A DNA stretch of 64,000 bases. It comes from Trypanosoma brucei (taxonomy: Eukaryota). This document shows, piece after piece, positions 45,257-55,500 of this stretch. The position numbers were made by a program, and so were the translations under genes. The stretch spans positions 256,001 to 320,000 of the forward strand of contig CP000069.1 in the NCBI GenBank assembly GCA_000002445.1, given 5' to 3'. The notes under the pieces were generated by a model. The model worked only from the letters and a program-made list of their open reading frames with translations, was not told where the DNA came from and ran no database searches. Each line of letters opens with the position of its first letter. Position 1 is the stretch's first letter.

Positions 45257-47442
45257 TAATTCACGAATGTCCTTTGCAGCTCTGCTCTATCGTATGTATT
45301 ACCGTTGCTCTCCTGATTCGAATCCCTTTCTCCCTCCTCGCCTACTGACCCCACTTTACGTCCTTCGTGAAGGGAAGTATCGCAGGGTCACAACTGGCAG
45401 CTGTGCCAAGCGTCAGCTCCGACTGATATCTTGAAAGAAAATCCGTCCTGTTGATACGTAAAAAAAATGAAGGGATAAATTGTTAATTGAGTGTGTGTCA
45501 CAGAAACATGTGAACAATCCAACACGTACATGTGCTTCCATTAGCGGATGCCGTTCATGCGGAGTCGTCATTTTCACGCAAAAGTAGCAAGATGAGTTGC
45601 TGGTAGTGAATGGTGAATGGTAAATACAACAGCGCAGTTAAACCATTGGTGAGACGCCACACCGTTCCACGCGTGCAGAGAATGTTTGTGCCCAGAGCAG
45701 GGGGAACAAACGGTAGATGAACGTCACTATATTACATTCTTAACATCCACCAATCATATTGTCGTTAAAACGGCACTGGTGAAGGTGACAAAACGACCAG
45801 GTTTTCTATGGAAAGGGACGACACGCCAAGACCAGTGTCGCAGGGACTCACATTCCTCTTGCCCAGTCTCTCGAACGAACATGACGGAGAATGGCATAAG
45901 GAAGCGTGGCCCCAAAGGTTGATGCATGAAACTAGGAGACGCCAATGAAAAAAAGAGAGCAGACTAGAAACCAGGTGGTTACAGGGAATGAGTGAGAGCG
46001 ATTGTTCCTGTGTATTAAACCCGCGTGCTCAATGTCGTTAGATGTGCCTACCCGCCGATAAACGCCAATAACGGCGACAATTCCGTTAGGATGCCAGACA
46101 CAAGTGTCCACGAGCTACCACAGCACAAAATTATGCAGGGCATCAAAAGCGTGATATGCTTTCCGTTCAGAAGCGGAGGCTTTGAGGGACCATTAGCACA
46201 ACCGTTTTCTTTTCCTGCCGATGCTGCCTTGTGCACACCAAAAGACAAGCGACTTCAAGGTGGTCTAAGGCGCAGCCATAACCTCTGCAGATTTTATGGA
46301 GTTGTTAAGGGTGCATGCCGCCCCCTTCCCTTAACCCCAACTAAAAGCAGGGGTATACTCCAGAGTCCCCAGAAGTTTGCAGTAACGGTGGAGATATCCG
46401 AGTGCATGAGCACTATTCTCTTCCTGAAGAGGACCCATAAACCAATCCATTCGCGTCAAAAGAGCACGCCTAGATTATGTAAAACACCTCCAACTTGCGC
46501 ATACGAACACCTCCATATTATATAAGAGGTATGGACACATCATCAACTCTGGATTCACGCCGGCAGATCCTAACGAGAGAAATTCATCACCAGAGACATA
46601 GCAGGACCGATCCCACGCACATCACTTCCCCCCTAGTTCAGTATAAACTAAACAGAAACATTACGAGAGCGCATTACTATAAAAACGAAAATAAATACAT
46701 GTGTTTTGTCACATAAACAGGAATGAAGAGAGATGTCCGGAAGTTCGCTCAGCCTTCGGTGTCAGGTGGCTGAGGCAAAACCGGGTGTGGTACTGGAGCG
46801 CGGGGACAAATACGAACACAAGTACGCTCTGACACTTTATCGGTACTAAGGGAAGAGGGAAAGAAGACCACGTTTGAGTGCATGTAATCAAATGTACAAA
46901 CATTACCTCAATCCTCACGAATAACCCACCCGCCGGCCATTTGCAGCCCGACAACAACCCCTTTAGAAAAAACAAACAAACAGCGAAACGAGTCTTCCGC
47001 GTGCGTTACTACTAACTCCCCACCAACTACCATGAAAAGAACCGCATGTGCTACGACTGCGGGGAGCAGTCAGTAATGCTTGCGTGCAGTTTCACACCTG
47101 CCATGGTCGCAGCCCATGCCCGTGTGGGGATCCCCCCTCGAGATTACCGCGGACTCAAGACAGTCATCATTCGCACAAATTTCGCACGAGTATAGGTGAT
47201 AGGTCCATAAAAGCGAGACGGGTCTGAAGGGAAATTCTTTCCAACTACTGATTCTCACATATCCTCCATTTCAAACCCCAGCGTCCACGAACGATCCACT
47301 TGCACGCAGAATATGTGAAGAGTTCATCTTACCGAAGCTGACAAACGACCGGCGTCTACAGGGGCAATAACACAGGGTACACTCCCCGGGACATATACTA
47401 CATTCGCCGTCCACGATTTCTCTACCGAATTAGAGGCAACGA

Positions 47443-50400
47443 TCACTCCTGCGCAGTGTCCGGCGCTTCCTCGTCTCTAGTGACAAAACCTCCTTCTTCA
47501 GTGACCGGTGCGTTGCCCTCACTCTCACCTGTAGCCTCAGGTCCTTGACTTTCACCATATTCAACACGTTTTTGACCCCCTCCAGCCACTGCGTCGTGTT
47601 CGCCTTCTCCACGCGTAGCAGTCGTCTCGGCCGATAAGAATTGATGGCTGGCGGTATAGCGGTTGAAGACTGCTAAGTTTCCAAGAGAGATGGAAATTTG
47701 CCTCATCTCTGCATCCGTCAAGTCGAAGTTTTCAAATTCATCGATCACCATTTCCGGAATGTCCCCACTACTATCACTGCAAGAGTCAGCTTCCACGTGT
47801 ATATTACCACCTTCCATCACCCTCGACGACCCCGCTTGCTCACCGGTTTCCGAAAATTCACTCTCAGAACTGTCACCTACCACCGTGTTTCCGCTTTTGA
47901 AACTCGCCAGAGGATATCCTATAGCATATGCGATGGCGCATGACAGCTCCTCCGGAAACAGGTCTGCCCGCACCCTATTTATTGAGAGGGCGAGGTAATA
48001 GTCCATGCACTCACGAACATCTCGAAGGCAGGTTGCCACATCAACATTCGTCAAATACATCTTCTTACAATTGTCGAAAAATAGCGCCGCCATGTTTTCA
48101 CTTTCCTTTTCCCCGTTTGGCACATAAGGAAAAACAGGCGTCATCCTACTTTCATGATCTGTAAAAAGTGATGGTGGAATTTCTTTTACCGACTTGACGG
48201 TAAGCTCACGGAGACATAAGGCGAGCTCTACGGGGGTCACCGCTGTGGCATCAAATATCGTGAGGTTGGTCTCAAGGAACATACGTTCGTTAAAAAATAT
48301 AAATGCCCGGTCTCCATATTTATTCTGCCTTTTCCTTGCCAACACAGATGTTGCCGCTAGTTGACAATGCTTGTCATCCCAACAAATAATCTCGGGTTGG
48401 CCTCCACTCCTTTTACTCCGGTACTCCAAAGAAGCGATCCGTGGATAAAGCGACCAAAGAACGACCAAGCGGATCAATCCTAGATTGTCAGAATGTCGAG
48501 AAGCAAATTTCACTGGATTTTTCGTCCTCCGTAGCAACGCAGAGTTCTCAACAAAACGTAGCAGCTGGTTTTTCGTGCGACTTATGGACCGCAGCACCGC
48601 TTGATCAGCGAAATTATGTATTGCATATTCTGGGCTGCACCCAGAACGTTTCCACCCATCAAAGAGTTTAAGGACGGACATGTGGTCCGAAAGAAAACCG
48701 TTGTCAATGGCGTCAACCGCTTTCTGGAGGTCACCCCTTTGATTGGGTGTATTTAAAAAGGGTGATTTCCCCGAAAGGAAGGCCGCGATTGTCGCAACCG
48801 GATCCAAAACACCAAAACAGGCAGCAGCGAGCAGCATTTTGCCCAATAACGGATGAACAGGCAACCTTGACAGCGCTCTACCAAGACTCGTCAACTGTTC
48901 AGCTTCAGGCGTGAACGCACCAATATCCTTCAAGAAATTAGTGGCATGTTTTGTTGAATATTCTGAGGGCACGTCAAGTGCACGGCTGAGAACCTCTACG
49001 CACGTTTCCTCTGGTCTTAAAGCCTTTGCAAGCAGGCAAACTTCCTCCAAGGGGGTTCTCATTATTTCCGGTGGGAGAAACTCAGGTAAAGCCTCATAGG
49101 ATGACCGCGGAAGGAGGTGAATACACACACCTGGTCGGCAACGCCCGGCTCTACCACGACGTTGCAAGCCGTTGGCTCGGCTAATGAATTCTGCTGTTAA
49201 GGCCGACGTGTTTGCTGCGGGATCGTAAGATGAAACTTTCGTGAGGCAACTGTCAACAACATAGACGATGTCGTCAATTGTTATACTCGTCTCGGCTATG
49301 TTAGTTGAAAGCACTACCTTCCGGTAGCCTTTGGGGGCACGGTAAAACACCCGCCGTTGTTCTTCCGCGGTCAGACTAGAATGCAGCTGTAGGACGGACA
49401 ACTCCCTGGACACATTTGACATTCGAATCATGTTTGCCACACGAGATATGGCCTGCCACCCCGGAAGGAAAACAAGTATACTCTCTGACAGATGTTGGGA
49501 ACTTCTGTGAATATGTCCTATAAGCTTAACCACTATGTCGTACGGTACATGGGCCTGTGAGTCAAAGCCCAGTTTCGTGTCAACGGCTTCTTTTATCTTT
49601 TCGTACACCGAGCGCTTTGCCATATCTTCAGTATTGTTACCCGTACTCTGCATTGAAAGTGCATTATTTGGCAATTTCATAGAAGCAAGTGTTGAAAGTG
49701 GCATTTGGAGCCACTGTAAGACATCTTCCATGTAACATTCTCTCACGGGATGCAGTGTCCCTGGTATCTTGATAACTGGTATTGTTTCACCAACGGTAAC
49801 GCCTGAAAAGTACGATATTATTTTCTCAACTTGTATTGTGGCGGACATGACGACTACCTTTATGTGGTTTGCATAGGCCCCTGGATTCCGCCGCTGATCA
49901 ATAATTCGGTCGCGGAGAAGTAACAAGCAAAAATCTGTTTCGACGTCCCTTTCGTGCACCTCATCCACAATGAGACAAGAGACATCGGAAAGCTGTGGAT
50001 CCGTGCGTAGACGACGCAGGAGGATTCCAGTGGTCATGTAAACAATTCTCGTTTCACTGCTTGTTATGTTGTCAAATCGGATGATATATCCACAACTGTT
50101 TCCACACGCTTCACCACGCTCCTCAGACACCCGCTGTGCAACGGAAAGGGCGCTGACCCTTCGCGGTTGGGTACACACTATCTGTAGATCTTTGTTGAAT
50201 ATCCCTGCATCGTACAACATTTGAGGTATTTGAGTAGTTTTACCGCATCCTGTGTCACCACTAATGACAACGATATCGCTTATCTTTACAGCATTGAGAA
50301 TAGCGCCCTGTTGTCGGAAAGCAGGCAATGTTACCCGGAACCTTTGCAACTCCGCATACCGGTGGCGGGGCACTTTGCTAGTCGGGACGTTCCCCAACCC

Positions 50401-51198
50401 GGGTTGCACGACGGTTAACTGTCGACCCCCCTGGCGCTGCTCTCCCCTCAGCTTCAAGTCGCGGAACATCCGCTTAAGGAGTGGCCCCACCAATAGATTG
50501 ATGTTCGAAACTTTAGGTCTGATGTATTCATCAGGAAGCCTCTGAGCCCCTTGGTAACCCTCTGTCCTCACTCGAACCCCGTTAGCAATCAAAAATTGCC
50601 TTCCCTGTTCTTCGCTCGTTTTGTTGAATTTTCTTAGCGTCAGGAAACGCTCGTTCTGCGACCCTGAAGATTTATGGAATAAACCAAAAGTGTGGGCGAA
50701 CTTATGCACCTGCTGGCGACCTGCAGCAGACAGTGTTGGGGGGAACGAGAGCTCATGAGCGGTGGGATCGTCCACAAAGGCCTTTACCATACTTTGAAGG
50801 TGCTTTTTCAGACGCTTAAAATTCTCAGGGAATCCAATACCTTTTTGATTGTCGACAATGTCCAACACGCCGCGCTTTGTGTCGGAGTTATCGGACGCAG
50901 GCATATTCTCGCACTTTTGTCGAGAATCATTTCCCCTAGGTAAGGAATTGGTGAACTCCTGCTGAACTGGAGCACGTGGCAACAAAACGGGCGGCCACCA
51001 AACACCACCGGGCATCGGAAGTGGATGACCGTACATCGGGGCAGGTGGGAAGAAGCCCGGTGAGCACGCAGCCCTAACGGAGGCATGGGGCAACATTTGT
51101 TGCAGTTGTGAGGCCTGAGGGCTGCCACCCATCGGGAAGCGACGTATGTTCGCATCAACTGTTTGATGCTTCCCGCCTTCGCATCGCTTCTGGTTCAT
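47443..51198 (-). CDS. ATP-dependent RNA helicase of the DEAH/RHA family with an N-terminal R3H domain, 1251 aa.
   Basis: The R3H-like segment is VLDIVDNQKGIGFPENFKRL...LSFPPTLSAAGRQQVHKFAHTFGLFHKSSGSQNERFLTLRKF. Helicase motifs are ISGDTGCGKTTQIPQ (motif I), LIVDEVHERD (motif II, DEVH) and VVVMSATIQ (motif III). A downstream HA2/OB-like region is followed by a Ser/Glu-rich acidic tail. Confidence 0.85.
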   Translation of the reverse strand: MNQKRCEGGKHQTVDANIRRFPMGGSPQASQLQQMLPHASVRAACSPGFFPPAPMYGHPLPMPGGVWWPPVLLPRAPVQQEFTNSLPRGNDSRQKCENMPASDNSDTKRGVLDIVDNQKGIGFPENFKRLKKHLQSMVKAFVDDPTAHELSFPPTLSAAGRQQVHKFAHTFGLFHKSSGSQNERFLTLRKFNKTSEEQGRQFLIANGVRVRTEGYQGAQRLPDEYIRPKVSNINLLVGPLLKRMFRDLKLRGEQRQGGRQLTVVQPGLGNVPTSKVPRHRYAELQRFRVTLPAFRQQGAILNAVKISDIVVISGDTGCGKTTQIPQMLYDAGIFNKDLQIVCTQPRRVSALSVAQRVSEERGEACGNSCGYIIRFDNITSSETRIVYMTTGILLRRLRTDPQLSDVSCLIVDEVHERDVETDFCLLLLRDRIIDQRRNPGAYANHIKVVVMSATIQVEKIISYFSGVTVGETIPVIKIPGTLHPVRECYMEDVLQWLQMPLSTLASMKLPNNALSMQSTGNNTEDMAKRSVYEKIKEAVDTKLGFDSQAHVPYDIVVKLIGHIHRSSQHLSESILVFLPGWQAISRVANMIRMSNVSRELSVLQLHSSLTAEEQRRVFYRAPKGYRKVVLSTNIAETSITIDDIVYVVDSCLTKVSSYDPAANTSALTAEFISRANGLQRRGRAGRCRPGVCIHLLPRSSYEALPEFLPPEIMRTPLEEVCLLAKALRPEETCVEVLSRALDVPSEYSTKHATNFLKDIGAFTPEAEQLTSLGRALSRLPVHPLLGKMLLAAACFGVLDPVATIAAFLSGKSPFLNTPNQRGDLQKAVDAIDNGFLSDHMSVLKLFDGWKRSGCSPEYAIHNFADQAVLRSISRTKNQLLRFVENSALLRRTKNPVKFASRHSDNLGLIRLVVLWSLYPRIASLEYRSKRSGGQPEIICWDDKHCQLAATSVLARKRQNKYGDRAFIFFNERMFLETNLTIFDATAVTPVELALCLRELTVKSVKEIPPSLFTDHESRMTPVFPYVPNGEKESENMAALFFDNCKKMYLTNVDVATCLRDVRECMDYYLALSINRVRADLFPEELSCAIAYAIGYPLASFKSGNTVVGDSSESEFSETGEQAGSSRVMEGGNIHVEADSCSDSSGDIPEMVIDEFENFDLTDAEMRQISISLGNLAVFNRYTASHQFLSAETTATRGEGEHDAVAGGGQKRVEYGESQGPEATGESEGNAPVTEEGGFVTRDEEAPDTAQE

Positions 51199-51413
51199 GA
51201 CAGGACCAGTATCTATAACAAGAACAAAGCAAGCAACGAGCCTCTGCGCGCCTTCCTTTCCTTTAACAAGGGGAAAGGATCAGAAAGGCAGACAAAAATT
51301 CAGCAGAATTCGAATGAAAACAGAGGGCAGATGTTGGCGGTGTCACAAGCAAACGCGGTAAAGAACTTATCACAACATCTACACAATTAGCGCTCGATAC
51401 ACACGAGAAACAC

Positions 51414-52538
51414 TCACAAGTCGTCTAGAACATCGTTCTTTCCCTTAGTGGTTTGACGCTGGTTGTACTCCTCGACGGCATGTTGTAGCTCTTCCAAAAA
51501 CAGTGTGTCATTTAAAAAATCTTCCAGCGTTCCGTTTCGTCGAGCGTCAGACGCAAGAACCTCATGTAGCACAACCTCTTCCTCGACACCGTCACCAGAA
51601 CTATAGGAAGTCACAGTTATCTCGAGGGCAGCGATGTTTCCGTACATCCAACGGCTCATGCCCACGTCTATAGCAATCACGCTGCCTCCACAAAAAGTTT
51701 CCACTCTCCCTGAGCGTTGGGGAGTGTGACCCACAACCACCCGTTTTACCCCCAGTGAAGCGAGCGCTTTTTTTGTATCGGCACAACGACCATTTGAAGC
51801 ATCAAGGAACATCTTTCGGGACCACAAAGGACCGGTTGAACCCAAAAGGATATGACCAAAATTTTTTGTACGTATCGCCTGCTTGGCTTCCCGGTTTAGC
51901 CTCTCAATTCCATCGGAAACAACATGTTCGTCAATGCCAGCATGAACAAATAAGGTATCGGCGACAGCATACGCTACTGTGAAATTTTCTAAAATAAATC
52001 CTCCGAACGTGCCGTCGAGTTCAAACGCGCGCTTGCGCAACGCCCTTGTCAAAAACCCACCCATAGATTTTGAATGGACATAATGAAAGTGACCCTGAAG
52101 ATTTAGAAGCTCGTGATTTCCCATAAGCAGAACTACTTTGTCATCAGTGTAGTTCGTGCGCACCTCATTAAAAAGCGAAACAGCCATCTCAAGTACCTCC
52201 AAATCTTCCTCACCTCTATCAATCAAATCTCCAGTTTGTATTAGGGTTGTCCGCAATCGTGTGCCGTATTCCCTAAAGAAGTTACCTTCCTTAGTCCCCC
52301 ATCTGGGCTTCCACACCACTTGTTTACTACTGTTAGAACGTAGGCTAATGACGCCGGACATCTCAAGGATTTGCCGAAAACGCTCGGCATCTCCATGCAC
52401 ATCTCCGACGGCCACAATACGGTGTATTTCAATGGGAATGACATTCCTGCTAAGGGGGTTTGCGTCTACATTAGCACAACATCGTATGCCCAAATGTGCA
52501 ACCAGAACTAGCGAAATTAACAAGTATTTCCCCACCAT
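51414..52538 (-). CDS. Shewanella-like (bacterial-type) PPP serine/threonine phosphatase with an N-terminal signal peptide, 374 aa.
   Basis: The signal peptide is MVGKYLLISLVLVAHLGIRCCA. Metallophosphatase motifs are AVGDVHGD, GDLIDRG, GNHE and VGHTP. It is the first (5'-most) gene of the minus-strand transcription unit in this window. Confidence 0.8.
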   Translation of the reverse strand: MVGKYLLISLVLVAHLGIRCCANVDANPLSRNVIPIEIHRIVAVGDVHGDAERFRQILEMSGVISLRSNSSKQVVWKPRWGTKEGNFFREYGTRLRTTLIQTGDLIDRGEEDLEVLEMAVSLFNEVRTNYTDDKVVLLMGNHELLNLQGHFHYVHSKSMGGFLTRALRKRAFELDGTFGGFILENFTVAYAVADTLFVHAGIDEHVVSDGIERLNREAKQAIRTKNFGHILLGSTGPLWSRKMFLDASNGRCADTKKALASLGVKRVVVGHTPQRSGRVETFCGGSVIAIDVGMSRWMYGNIAALEITVTSYSSGDGVEEEVVLHEVLASDARRNGTLEDFLNDTLFLEELQHAVEEYNQRQTTKGKNDVLDDL

Positions 52539-52599
52539 TAAAGACGGCTAAAGTATTAAACTGTCTGGTACACAACACGATATTTTGTGTCAATACGAA

Positions 52600-55500
52600 A
52601 CACCTTAGATATTAGAAGTCGAGAAGGACATCATACGAGAACTGAAGGCAGGAGAAGGTTGAAAACACAAAAACAGCCCACAATCAGACAAATACTGAGT
52701 GAACAAGGCACCATTAGCACAGTTCGTAATGTCCTTAACGTAATAGGGATGACTCCTTTGCTGACACAAACACATGGTCGAAGACAAATCATTGCACAAG
52801 ATGCGCACCCCTGGCACTGGAAAGGCGCTAGTGCAGTTACCTGGACTGGGGCTCTCTCTCTCCCCCCCAAACGAAACCAAGTTGTTGAGCAGCATCAGGT
52901 GTTGAGACTCACACACTCATTATTGTTCGGATGCTGGCACATGTCCATAATCACAAATAATAAAAAAGTTATCTGTCACCACCTTCAGAGGCCATACCTG
53001 CCGACATTTGTTTCCTCATTTTTAAAAAGTTCCCTCGACATAAAAGGAGGATTTAAGCACGGAGGTGTTGTTACAATTGGAGCCGGGGCTAGTTGCACCC
53101 GGCTCGAAAGTGATGTGACCGACAAACCTCCGACTACGGCCCTCTTATGCAAACAAAGCACCACGGGCATGGTACAAGTAGTCAAGTGAAGCTCTAACAA
53201 TAACAATCATAATAGAGTATTACTGTATCTATTTGGTTCTTCGCGAGACTCTCGGCATCACTTGCGAGCACAGAAAAACAAGCGGAAACCCATAGCATTC
53301 TCAGCATTTAACATGCTTCCAAGGGCGGATCTTTTGATGTGCATTCATTTAAATAAGAAAAGATCCCAGATCGTGCGTTCATGACACATGGTGACGTTGG
53401 CAATAGCCAGCTAAGCCGGAGGACATGGTTCATTTTTGTATTTCGACCCTTTCAACTTAAAAAAGAATTAGCACTCTATGACCGCGGCTAATCACGGCGA
53501 AAACACAAATTCATTTCATTTGATTCATTTCTTAGCGCGCTCTTCACCCATGCGCCCCCACCTCTGCGCCACTCCCATTTCGCACTATTCTTAGTGGTGT
53601 AAAGGTTGTGGGGGTGGGTCGTTCCCCAGCAACACATCCTGGGCTTACAAACAGGGTTATGGGCTAAAAATGCACTCCAGCGACCGTGTGAACCGAATCA
53701 ATTGCCCACAGCTCGCCGGAAGTTTGCAGCTTCCGACGGAACTTGCAAACGGAGAAAGCCGTCCGGACGACAACCAGTAAATATGTCACTAGGGGCGGAC
53801 AAACAAATAAGTAAAGGTTTCTACCACTTTCATTCACTTTCCACCCCTTTCCCCACCGCGTTGCTCAATCTGTCATTATATCAATATCCGGCATCACCTG
53901 CACAGCGACGAGATGTGCTCAACACCGTTACACTTGACGGATCGCAGTGACACGGGTGATTGACTCTCGAGCTCGCAGTTGGTGGCATTAGCGGCTGTCC
54001 CGCGTTATTGTTCACTAAACGGGGTCACTGATCTCCCTGACGCTCCTATCAATACGCATCAGAGGACAGCGTACATCGGCCTTCTTTTTCTTTGGAAACG
54101 GAAAAGGTAAACGAGGAAAGAACGAAGATGATAAAATCTGCGGGTTCGCAAGTGGATTTATGGAGCAGAACCAATTTGCTGACCTTCAATATTGTTCACC
54201 TCCTACAGCAAAGCGGAAACGGCATTACATCTCCTGCCTTAGCTATTCAGTGAGAGTTTGTTCCACTACTGGTGAGAGAATGGATCATTCCATTGTTCTC
54301 CCTTGTTGTGTATGATGTAGTGCGCTTATTTGTTTTTCGAGACACCCATTCAATTGATACCTTTTTAGGCGAAATAATCGTTTCAATCTTTAGCAACCTT
54401 ACTTTGATGCTTTCTCTTCCTCCCTCTTGCTATTCTTTTCGTTGCAGTCAAGTGATCACGCGGAAAATGAATCGATTGATGCAGGGCTTTTGTTTCAGTT
54501 GCAGCCGGCTTTGCCTAAGCATGGTGGCATGAACAATGGAGCGACAACACCTCTTTCACGTCGTGTGCACTTCGACCGTACATTCTCTGAACTTTCGTTG
54601 CATTTCCCCTTCTTTATCAGTGAACAATTCTCACCATACGCTTGACTGGAACATTTTGGAGGTGATAGTGTGATGTTACGCAATACACAGCCGAATCCAA
54701 ACACTCTATTAGCGTTGGGCTCGTGTTAACGGCTTCCGGTGAACGATCAGTACTATCTGAATATCACCCTCGGGAAGCTGATCGAGAGTGTTGCCATGTG
54801 CCACAGCAGTATAATATCCGTATTTCAGGCAGGTTCTTCCCCCTTTCGTTTGTGCAGGTAACGCAAAGAAGTGTTTCAACCCTCTTTCTAGAAGGTGTGT
54901 CAGAACATTTCTTTGCGTACTTGTGGTGTCGGGAGAACACGACCCGCCGGAGTTCCTCTGTATGTTTTGGAAGTGATGCCCTCCCCAGAGTGTTTTGTGC
55001 TTCCTATTCTCTTCTATACCACCACAACCGTGAAGTTGTCGATGTGCCACGCCAGGCGTAACCGCGGCATAATGTTGCTCTCGCTATTCTTTCCCTCTGT
55101 TTTTTCACTTTACCATTTATTCTGCAGAATGAAAAGCAGCGAATCGTTCCGTTGGTACTGCCTTTTTTGTTGCTAATTTTGGTGCGCATTTCTATATACG
55201 TCGCGACCCTCCCTCTCCACTACTGTGGGGCCCTTTTTTTTTGTGACAGCAATGAAAGAGACAATGGCTCGGCGAAAATTGTCGTTCTCCTTCGGCTTTT
55301 TGGTCGCTCCATTACAGTGCGGAAAACCGTTGAAAATTCGCTTTCAACTGCCATACCTTCCGCACGGCAACTGCATGTTGCTTTGCCTGTTCCAAGGAAA
55401 TAATCCATCGTTAGTTCCTCATTCCTCAGTGGTATTGAGGTTCTGGTCCTTGGTGAATCGTCCAGCATTTCCATTTCACCTATCTAAACATGCCAGTCAA

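Noticed and set aside
45300-45325. TTCGAATCC string resembling a tRNA T-loop
   Set aside because: The flanking sequence cannot form T-stem, acceptor or anticodon arms. No tRNA, 5S, SL RNA or rRNA signatures were found anywhere in the window.
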